From a virus (taxonomy: Duplodnaviria; Heunggongvirae; Uroviricota; Caudoviricetes): a stretch of DNA of 64,000 bases. Shown piece by piece: positions 38,249 to 46,117 of this stretch. Location of the stretch: positions 160,001-224,000 of the IMG/VR virus record IMGVR_UViG_3300012347_000377. The stretch is one strand, 5' to 3'. Both the position numbers and the translations under genes were made by a program. The notes under the pieces were generated by a model that was not told where the DNA came from, searched no databases, and was given only the letters and a program-made list of their open reading frames with translations. How positions within the stretch are numbered: the stretch's first letter is position 1; each line of letters opens with the position of its first letter.

Positions 38249-40033
38249 ATGGCAGTTAAAAACTACGGAGAAGAAATAGGTTGGGAATTAGATGTTGATT
38301 TTCCATCATGGGGTAATACGGAGATATATGTAAAAACCATATCAAAAGGATATTTACTACCCGGTGAAAAACCAAAAGATGCATATTGGAGAGTTGCTAC
38401 AAAAGTTGCTCAAAGATTGAACAAACCACAATTAGCTACAAAGTTTTTTGATTACATTTGGAAAGGATGGTTAAATCTTGCAACACCGGTATTATCAAAT
38501 ACAGGTACTGATAGAGGTTTACCCATTTCTTGTTTTGGTATAGATGTTGCAGATTCAATCTTTGATATTGGTTCAAAGAACTTAGAATTAATGCTACTTG
38601 CTAAACATGGTGGTGGAGTTGGTATTGGTATTAACCAAATCAGACCCGCTGGAGCACCTATTACTGGTAATGGAACATCCGATGGTGTAGTTCCTTTTGC
38701 TAAAATATACGATTCTACTATTCTTGCAACTAATCAAGGTTCAGTAAGAAGAGGAGCAGCATCAGTAAACTTAAACATTGAACATAAGGATTTTGAAGAA
38801 TGGTTGGAAATCAGAGAACCGAAAGGTGATGTGAATCGTCAATCACTTAATCTACATCAATGTGCAGTTATTGGTGATAAGTTTATGAGAAAACTACAAG
38901 ATGGTGATGAAACTGCACGAAGAAAATGGGGTAAATTACTTCAGAAACGTAAAGCAACAGGTGAACCATATATTTTCTTCAAAGGAAACGTAAACAAACA
39001 AAACCCAGATTCATATAAACAAAATGGATTAAAGGTGTTTATGACAAATATATGTTCAGAAATTACTTTACATACCGATGAATCACACTCATTTGTATGT
39101 TGTTTATCATCACTTAACCTTGCTAAATACGATGAGTGGAAAGATACTGATTTAGTATATACTGCAACATGGTTTTTAGATGGTGTTCTTTCTGAATTCA
39201 TTCAAAAGGCAAAAGGATTAAGAGGATTTGAAAATTCAGTTCGTTCTGCAGAAAAAGGTAGAGCATTAGGTTTAGGTGTATTAGGATGGCACACTTATTT
39301 ACAGAAAAATGGTATTCCGTTTGAAGGAATGAGTGCACAATTCGAAACTCGTAAGATTTTCTCTCAATTAAAGATTGAATCTGAAAGAGCAAGTAGAGAT
39401 ATGGCAACTGAATATGGCGAACCATTATGGTGTAAAGATACTGGTTTCCGTAATACTCACTTACGTGCAATTGCACCAACGGTTTCAAATTCGAAATTGA
39501 GCGGTGATGTATCTGCCGGTATTGAGCCATGGGCTGCAAACGTATTTACCGAACAAACATCAAAAGGAACTTTCATTCGTAGAAATGGCGAATTGGAAAA
39601 AGTATTGAAAAAAGTTGGATTGAACACAAAAGAAGTATGGGATAAAATCCTTGCAGATGGTGGGTCTATCCAAGATATCAGCGAATTAGACCAATGGTGT
39701 TTCTTAAATGGTAAAGTAGTTAAATGTGATGAAGTTTCAGTTGAAGATTCAGTTAAAACATTTAGAGTAAAGGATGTATTCAAAACATTCAAAGAAATTA
39801 ATCAATTAGATTTAGTAAGACAAGCAGGAATTAGACAACAATATATTGACCAATCAGTTTCTCTAAACTTAGCATTCCCTGCAACAGCAGAACCTAAGTG
39901 GATTAACCAAGTAACTATGGAAGCTTGGAAACAAGGTGTTAAAACCTTATACTATATGAGAACTGAATCAGTATTGAGAGGTGATATAGCAGCAAAAGCA
40001 ATGGATCCTGAATGTCTATCTTGTGATGGATAA
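38249..40033 (+). CDS. nrdA: Ribonucleotide reductase class I alpha subunit (no ATP cone)
   Basis: PISCF, GGGVG, RRGA, TNICSEI, VCCLSS, IAPT, KTLYY, C-terminal CLSC. Confidence 0.95.
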   Translation: MAVKNYGEEIGWELDVDFPSWGNTEIYVKTISKGYLLPGEKPKDAYWRVATKVAQRLNKPQLATKFFDYIWKGWLNLATPVLSNTGTDRGLPISCFGIDVADSIFDIGSKNLELMLLAKHGGGVGIGINQIRPAGAPITGNGTSDGVVPFAKIYDSTILATNQGSVRRGAASVNLNIEHKDFEEWLEIREPKGDVNRQSLNLHQCAVIGDKFMRKLQDGDETARRKWGKLLQKRKATGEPYIFFKGNVNKQNPDSYKQNGLKVFMTNICSEITLHTDESHSFVCCLSSLNLAKYDEWKDTDLVYTATWFLDGVLSEFIQKAKGLRGFENSVRSAEKGRALGLGVLGWHTYLQKNGIPFEGMSAQFETRKIFSQLKIESERASRDMATEYGEPLWCKDTGFRNTHLRAIAPTVSNSKLSGDVSAGIEPWAANVFTEQTSKGTFIRRNGELEKVLKKVGLNTKEVWDKILADGGSIQDISELDQWCFLNGKVVKCDEVSVEDSVKTFRVKDVFKTFKEINQLDLVRQAGIRQQYIDQSVSLNLAFPATAEPKWINQVTMEAWKQGVKTLYYMRTESVLRGDIAAKAMDPECLSCDG

Positions 40034-40059
40034 AATAAAAAAAATAAGGAGAACAGAAA

Positions 40060-40323
40060 ATGATTGAAGTAAAAAAATTCTCAGCAGCATGGTGTGGTCC
40101 ATGTAAAGTGTTGGCACCTATTATGGAAAATGTTAAATCAAAATTTGATAATATTAAATTTGAAAACATTGATGTAGATTCACAATTTGAAATCGCATCC
40201 AAATATTCAATCCGTTCCGTTCCAACCGTTATTGTTGAAAAAGATGGAAAAGAGATTGGCAGATTTACAGGAGTTCAATCTGAAATGGCATATGTAAACG
40301 CATTAAATGAGTATAGCAAATAG
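40060..40323 (+). CDS. trxA: Thioredoxin
   Basis: WCGPC and SVPT. Confidence 0.95.
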   Translation: MIEVKKFSAAWCGPCKVLAPIMENVKSKFDNIKFENIDVDSQFEIASKYSIRSVPTVIVEKDGKEIGRFTGVQSEMAYVNALNEYSK

Positions 40324-40489
40324 ACGTGGTGAAAATCATCCAAAAGCAAAACTTACAAACGAACAAGTTAGGATAATAAGAGAACTCTATTCAAAAGGGT
40401 TCTCTACTAACGTTATTGCCAGAAACTTCAAAGTTTCCGTATGGAATATTGAAGAAATAGTGAAACGAAGAACATGGGCACACATTTAA
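40307..40489 (+). CDS. Stand-alone HTH resembling the C-terminal DNA-binding domain of HNH homing endonucleases
   Basis: GENHPKAKLTNEQVRIIR...IARNFKVS...I..RRTW. Confidence 0.65.
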   Translation: MSIANRRGENHPKAKLTNEQVRIIRELYSKGFSTNVIARNFKVSVWNIEEIVKRRTWAHI

Positions 40490-40521
40490 TTTGGAAATGT
40501 GAATTATTTTTCGTATATTTG
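40490..40521 (+). promoter_or_regulatory. Bacteroidetes-type -33/-7 promoter
   Basis: TTTG-N20-TATATTTG. Confidence 0.8.
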
Positions 40522-40546
40522 TAAAATATAAAATAAATTAAAGGTT

Positions 40547-41779
40547 ATGTATTTAGAATATTTTGATAAATTCTATGATATGGCTCCGTATCTTCATATT
40601 AATAAAGAAGAATGGAGTTATATTAAAAAAACATTTGATAGAGAAGATGTAAAAGAATCTCTAGCAAGAGTAGCAGCAACATATGAAATTCCATATGCAG
40701 ATATATCCGAAGAGGATGCAAGAACTGAATACCTAAAACTCAAAGGGTTCAGATGGAATGAATTATTCACCGAAGGAGATTGGGTGCCAAGAAAGGCATC
40801 GGAATCTCGTTATCCAATTACATTTCAAGGAAAGAACCAATACGTCAGACGTATCAACACAGGTAATGCCGCATCTAATTATTTTCAACAAGCAAATCGT
40901 TGGAGTGTAGATGGCACAGTGTCACCTGGTCCTTATAGAACTTGGAATAATCCTGATTTTATGTTTTCACTTATGGGTGGAATGTACACTTTGAAATTCG
41001 ATGAAGTGACAAAAAATACCCTAAGAACTTGTTTAAGTTTACGAAAGTATATTTGCTCACAATTCAAACCCAACGTTGCAAAAGTATTATACGATTTTGT
41101 AGAAGCAAAAAATGTATTAGATATTTCTGCAGGATGGGGAGATAGATTGTGTGGATTTTATGCATCGGAACATGGAGAACATTTTGTAGGTATTGACCCT
41201 CGAACTGAAAATCATCCAATTTATAGAGAACAAGCAAACTTTTATGAAAAACATAATGGTTTCTTCGAAACTAAAAAGAAATCAACTTTTTATGAATCAC
41301 CTGCTGAAGATTTAGATTTGGGTGAATATAAAGAATACTTTGATATTGTATTCAGTTCGCCACCATATTTCAATGTAGAGAGATATTCGTATGATGATAC
41401 TCAAAGTTGGGTTCGTTATAAAACAATTGATGATTGGAACAAAAACTTCTTACATAAAACTATTGCAAATGTTTGGCCCACTATTAAAAAGGGTGGATAT
41501 TTGGCAGTGAATATTGCCGATGTCTATGCCGCATCTAAGGGTGATGGTAAAGGACAACAAGAAATCACTAACCCTATGAACGATTTTATATCCACATTAG
41601 AGGGTGCAGAGTATCAAGGATGTTTGGGTATGGAAATGGCCAAAAGACCGGGTTCTGCAGGGGCAGGAATGATTATAGAAGGTGATGAGGAAAGATATTC
41701 CGAAGAAGAATTAAAAAAGAACGAAGAAGCAAAAGATAAAACGTTTTGTGAACCTGTATGGGTTTGGCGTAAAATGTAA
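40547..41779 (+). CDS. Amino DNA methyltransferase-like, paralogue 2
   Basis: QFKP, LDISAGWGDRL, GIDP, FSSPPYFNVERY, EPVWVWRK. Confidence 0.8.
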   Translation: MYLEYFDKFYDMAPYLHINKEEWSYIKKTFDREDVKESLARVAATYEIPYADISEEDARTEYLKLKGFRWNELFTEGDWVPRKASESRYPITFQGKNQYVRRINTGNAASNYFQQANRWSVDGTVSPGPYRTWNNPDFMFSLMGGMYTLKFDEVTKNTLRTCLSLRKYICSQFKPNVAKVLYDFVEAKNVLDISAGWGDRLCGFYASEHGEHFVGIDPRTENHPIYREQANFYEKHNGFFETKKKSTFYESPAEDLDLGEYKEYFDIVFSSPPYFNVERYSYDDTQSWVRYKTIDDWNKNFLHKTIANVWPTIKKGGYLAVNIADVYAASKGDGKGQQEITNPMNDFISTLEGAEYQGCLGMEMAKRPGSAGAGMIIEGDEERYSEEELKKNEEAKDKTFCEPVWVWRKM

Positions 41780-41783
41780 TTAA

Positions 41784-42956
41784 ATGCAGATAGAATTATC
41801 ACATTCAATCAAAAATGATAAATACACACAATATGTGTATGATACATTTGATATTCAAAACACAGATGAAACTAGAGTAATTATCCCAATGGATATATCA
41901 TCTCTAAATTCATTTGATTGGAATATTGGTGTCATTTATGGTAGTAGTGGTAGTGGTAAATCTACTATATTAAAAGAATTGGGTGGTATTAATAAAGTTC
42001 AATTTGATACTGAAAAATCCCTAATTTCAAACTTTGATTGGTTAGAACCAAACGAAGCAGGAAAAGTTTTAACATCAATGGGATTATCATCTATACCAAC
42101 GTGGTTACGTCCTTTTCACTTATTAAGTAATGGAGAACAATACCGAGCTGAATTAGCATATTTAGTTTCTTCTGCAAAAGATGGTGATACGATTTTAATA
42201 GATGAATATACATCAGTAGTAGATAGAGATGTTGCAAAAGCAATGTCATTTGCATTACAAAAATATATTCGTAGAGAAAATAAAAAGATTATTCTAGCAT
42301 CGTGTCATAACGATATAATGGAGTGGTTGATGCCTGATTGGACACTTTCACCCCAAAAAGGAGGCACACTCGAAAGAGGTGAATGGCTTCGGCAAGGGAG
42401 ACCAAACATCGAACTTCAAATTAGTAGGGTTGAACCTAAAGCTTGGGATTTCTTCAAAAAACATCATTATTTAACAGAAAATGTAAACAACACTTATATT
42501 TTTTTATTGTTTGAATGGAATGGAAACCCAGTTGCAATAAATGTAATTGGAAGACATATTGGTAGAAATAGTGTAGAAAAATCATTTAGAGAAAGTAGGA
42601 TTGTAGTTAATCCAGATTATCAAGGAATGGGTATTGGCAGTAAAGTGTCAGAGTTTTGTGCAGGAATAATAAAAAATACGAATGCTAAATATTATACTAA
42701 GACAGTAAATCCTGCATTAGGAGAATATAGAGAAAATAATCCTAATTGGAAACCAACACCTTTTAATGGTAAAATCAGAACTGATAAAAACTTACAAAAA
42801 AACGCATATACGATGTTAAAACTACGGGCATCATATTGTCATGAATATGTTGGTAATCCGATTGATGGGTATGATGAATTATTACAACCAATATCGGAAA
42901 TGAGAAACAATAAAAATATAAATTCAGAAACGTTAAATAAGTTTTTTCAATTTTAG
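41784..42956 (+). CDS. ABC-type ATPase fused to GNAT-like domain
   Basis: GSSGSGKS, LSNGEQ signature, IDEYTS, ASCH; C-terminal FKKHHYL...SRIVVNPDYQGMGIG acetyl-CoA motif. Confidence 0.85.
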   Translation: MQIELSHSIKNDKYTQYVYDTFDIQNTDETRVIIPMDISSLNSFDWNIGVIYGSSGSGKSTILKELGGINKVQFDTEKSLISNFDWLEPNEAGKVLTSMGLSSIPTWLRPFHLLSNGEQYRAELAYLVSSAKDGDTILIDEYTSVVDRDVAKAMSFALQKYIRRENKKIILASCHNDIMEWLMPDWTLSPQKGGTLERGEWLRQGRPNIELQISRVEPKAWDFFKKHHYLTENVNNTYIFLLFEWNGNPVAINVIGRHIGRNSVEKSFRESRIVVNPDYQGMGIGSKVSEFCAGIIKNTNAKYYTKTVNPALGEYRENNPNWKPTPFNGKIRTDKNLQKNAYTMLKLRASYCHEYVGNPIDGYDELLQPISEMRNNKNINSETLNKFFQF

Positions 42957-42988
42957 TTTGGAAATATCAAAAAAATATAGTATCTTTG
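42957..42988 (+). promoter_or_regulatory. Bacteroidetes-type -33/-7 promoter
   Basis: TTTG-N20-TATCTTTG. Confidence 0.8.
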
Positions 42989-43018
42989 TTATGATACTAA
43001 AACTATAAAATAAATAAT

Positions 43019-43717
43019 ATGACAGTAATAGAAGCAACATCACCCGGCGATGCATGGGTAAAAGTATCCAAACATCTTATCCAAAACGGAGTAAAAGTAG
43101 GTGATTTGACTGAAGAATTGAATGTGATGACTGAAATCACCGAATTTCAATCTGATGATTGGTTTGATCCACATTTTAGAGAAATTATGGGTGATGATAG
43201 AATTGATTACGCAAAGACTGTAACATTCTTAGAACCACAGCCACACGTTTCAGATAGTCCATTCTTTGCAGCCGAAGAAGGATTGGAATATAAATTCATT
43301 AAAGATAAATGGAGTGATTCTTATTGGGGTAGAATGGTTGCATGGCAAGGAACATTCAATCAGGTGGAAAATGTAATCAAAATCTTAAAGACTGGTAAAG
43401 CAGTTAAGAGATGTGAATTGATTATCTTTGACCCGAGTAGAGATGCTAGAAATCCATACTCACAACCTTGTATGTTAGCAATCGATATTAAACCTCGTAA
43501 TGGTAAAATCTATCTAACATCAATCATTCGTTCAAACAGAGTATCTAAATCAGGTTATGCAGATTACACTGCATTGGTTGAGATGGGTAAATTCTTAGCG
43601 AAAGAAAGTGATATGGAATTAGGAAAAGTATCTGTTTTGGCTTGTTCTTGTCATATCGGTAAAATGAATGATGAAACCAAAAAGACTCATAGGTTATTAG
43701 AAGTATTAAATAGATAA
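43019..43717 (+). CDS. Thymidylate synthase / dCMP hydroxymethylase-fold enzyme (atypical)
   Basis: SYWGRM, NQVENVI..L, FDP..D, QPC (catalytic Cys), RSN...D, SCHI. Confidence 0.8.
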   Translation: MTVIEATSPGDAWVKVSKHLIQNGVKVGDLTEELNVMTEITEFQSDDWFDPHFREIMGDDRIDYAKTVTFLEPQPHVSDSPFFAAEEGLEYKFIKDKWSDSYWGRMVAWQGTFNQVENVIKILKTGKAVKRCELIIFDPSRDARNPYSQPCMLAIDIKPRNGKIYLTSIIRSNRVSKSGYADYTALVEMGKFLAKESDMELGKVSVLACSCHIGKMNDETKKTHRLLEVLNR

Positions 43718-43718
43718 T

Positions 43719-45224
43719 ATGTGTGGAATTGTAGCAACAATAGGTTATAGTAAAGAAGATGTAAATGATATGCTTGAAGCAATCGAACATCGTGGTAGAG
43801 ATAATCGCGGTATTAGAGAATTTAAGTATGGTGATAAACAAATAGTTTTAGGTCACAATCGTTTATCAATTAATGACACATCACCATTAGGTAATCAACC
43901 AATGGAATTTGATGGTGTTCAATTAGTTGTAAATGGTGAGATATGGAATTACCCACAACTGCGTAAAGAATATGAAGAAAGAGGATATGAATTCAAATCA
44001 AATTCAGATTCGGAAATTATTTTATTCTTATATAAAGAAGGTGAATTAAAAAGATTAGATGGTATGTTTTCATTTATCATCTATGATAATAATAAATTAA
44101 TTTTATCCAGAGATTGGGTTGGTAAATTACCATTATACATTTACAATACAAATAAGTATATTGTAGCAAGTGAGTTGAAATCAATTACTACACAACATAA
44201 AACATCTGATATAAAATTCGTTCCAAAAAATTCATTAGTTGAAATTGATTTGGATACTGATAAAATTAAAATAAACGAAAATTATTATTTCCAATTTTCA
44301 TCAGAAACTACGCAAGTTTCATCACATGAAGAAGTTGCAGAAACTACTTTCAAATTATTAGAAAGAGCAGTAGATAAAAGATTATTATCTGATGTTCCAA
44401 TTGCAACATCATTAAGTGGTGGAATTGATTCTGCAGTAATTACTTATCTATTAAAACAACGAATTCCTAACTTAAAAGCATATACCATTGCATTTGATGA
44501 AACTTCAAAGGATTTACAAAAGGCAAGAGTTTGTGCAAAATATTTAGGAGTGGAGTTGGTTGAGGTATTCGTTCCTAAAAATGATGAAATCATTAAACAA
44601 CGTTTTTTAGATTCAATTAAAGTTATTGAATATCCATCAACCGTTCAAATGGAAGTTGGTATTTTACAATCATTCATAGCAGAACAAATGGCTAGTGATG
44701 GGATTAAAGTAGCATTTAGTGGTGAAGGTAGTGATGAATCATATGGTTCATATGGAACTTTCCGTATGTTCAGTAAGAAACCTGATTGGAGTGATGTTCG
44801 TAAAAAATTATTTGAAAAACAATACTATGGAAACTTACTAAGAGGTAATACTATCTTTATGAATTATGGAACAATTGAATTAAGATGTCCATTCTTTGAT
44901 ACTGATTTCTTAAATTACACAACTAATCTAACTGATGAATTTTTATGTAAAGGTGGTCAATGGAAAAGACCTCTTGCAGATGGATTTAGAGGTAAATTAC
45001 CAGATGAAATATTAGACCAAGAAAAAAGAGCATTCCAAAAAGGAACTAACTTTAAACAATACATAGAAGATATTATCTTAAATGATCCTAACATCAATTT
45101 CAAAAATAGAAAAAAGATGATTAATGTTATTGGTGATAATTTTGAAAAAATACATGGATTCTCTCATAGAAAGATGAAAGGAGAATTAACATCAAACGCA
45201 GGAGGGATATACCAATGGATATAA
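43719..45224 (+). CDS. Asparagine synthetase B-like glutamine amidotransferase
   Basis: MCGI, HRG.D, HNRLSI, NGEIWN, SDSE, RD..G..PLY, LSGGIDS, SGEGSDE..G.Y, ELRCPF. Confidence 0.9.
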   Translation: MCGIVATIGYSKEDVNDMLEAIEHRGRDNRGIREFKYGDKQIVLGHNRLSINDTSPLGNQPMEFDGVQLVVNGEIWNYPQLRKEYEERGYEFKSNSDSEIILFLYKEGELKRLDGMFSFIIYDNNKLILSRDWVGKLPLYIYNTNKYIVASELKSITTQHKTSDIKFVPKNSLVEIDLDTDKIKINENYYFQFSSETTQVSSHEEVAETTFKLLERAVDKRLLSDVPIATSLSGGIDSAVITYLLKQRIPNLKAYTIAFDETSKDLQKARVCAKYLGVELVEVFVPKNDEIIKQRFLDSIKVIEYPSTVQMEVGILQSFIAEQMASDGIKVAFSGEGSDESYGSYGTFRMFSKKPDWSDVRKKLFEKQYYGNLLRGNTIFMNYGTIELRCPFFDTDFLNYTTNLTDEFLCKGGQWKRPLADGFRGKLPDEILDQEKRAFQKGTNFKQYIEDIILNDPNINFKNRKKMINVIGDNFEKIHGFSHRKMKGELTSNAGGIYQWI

Positions 45225-46054
45225 GATTGAAAGGATTGAACGAAGATACTCCATTAGAACTTTACCATATTAAAGGTAGAGAGGTGTGGGTAAAAAGAGA
45301 TGACCTAATGGGTGATGGAACACAATTACCGCCATGGGGTAAACTAGCAGCATTATATGAGTTGGTTAAAAAATATGTGGATAAATCAAAACCTCTAACC
45401 CATCTTTCAGTAGATGGTAGTTGGACAGGTTGGGCACTTGCAGCAATATGTGAAAGTTTGGATATAGAATTTTATGTATCATATCCAGATTCAAAAAAGA
45501 TTTCGCAAGAATATTTGGGAATGATTAAAGAAATGTTTCCAAAAGTTCATATGAATCCAATCAGACCTAATATGATGCAGATTATGTATAATTCACTTCG
45601 AGGTCAAGCTAAAGAAAACGGATGGCAAATGCTACCTTATGCTTTTGACCACGATTTTTATAAAGATTATCTTGCGGAAAGAATTCAACCATTTACTCAT
45701 TTTGATAATTTAGTTGTATCATCTGGCAGTGGAGTGACACTTGCAGGATTAGCAAGAGGTTATTATAGAGAAGAACTTAAAGAGTTTTTTCCAAAGGTAA
45801 CTAGAAAAATTTGGACAACATGTGTATCATCGGAAAGTTCAATTAATAAAACATTAAAGAAAAGTGGAATTCCAATTCCTCTTAAAGTGAGAAAATCGGA
45901 ATATCTTTTTGAAGACCGAATTGATGGATATTCAGCTCCATTTCCATGTAATCAATTTTGGGATATAAAGCAATGGAAATGGTTAGAAGAAAATATAGAC
46001 CAAATTGAAGGAACTATACTTTTTTGGAATGTTGGTGGAATTTATAAATTCTAA
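45215..46054 (+). CDS. PLP-dependent fold-type II enzyme (D-cysteine desulfhydrase/ACC deaminase-like)
   Basis: TPL...VWVKRDDL...WGK (candidate PLP Lys), VVSSGSGVTLAGL phosphate loop, LFWNVG. Confidence 0.75.
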   Translation: MDIRLKGLNEDTPLELYHIKGREVWVKRDDLMGDGTQLPPWGKLAALYELVKKYVDKSKPLTHLSVDGSWTGWALAAICESLDIEFYVSYPDSKKISQEYLGMIKEMFPKVHMNPIRPNMMQIMYNSLRGQAKENGWQMLPYAFDHDFYKDYLAERIQPFTHFDNLVVSSGSGVTLAGLARGYYREELKEFFPKVTRKIWTTCVSSESSINKTLKKSGIPIPLKVRKSEYLFEDRIDGYSAPFPCNQFWDIKQWKWLEENIDQIEGTILFWNVGGIYKF

Positions 46055-46062
46055 TCAAAACA

Positions 46063-46094
46063 TTTGGAAATACGGAAATAATTTCGTATCTTTG
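46063..46094 (+). promoter_or_regulatory. Bacteroidetes-type -33/-7 promoter
   Basis: TTTG-N20-TATCTTTG. Confidence 0.8.
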
Positions 46095-46117
46095 TAAAAC
46101 AATAAAAATAAATAATT

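Noticed and set aside
43719-45224. AsnB as a simple asparagine-supply gene or a 7-deazaguanine (QueC-type) component
   Set aside because: Not excluded, but tight coupling to TS-fold and PLP genes argues for a dedicated pathway, and no folE/queD/queE/dpdA genes are in the window.
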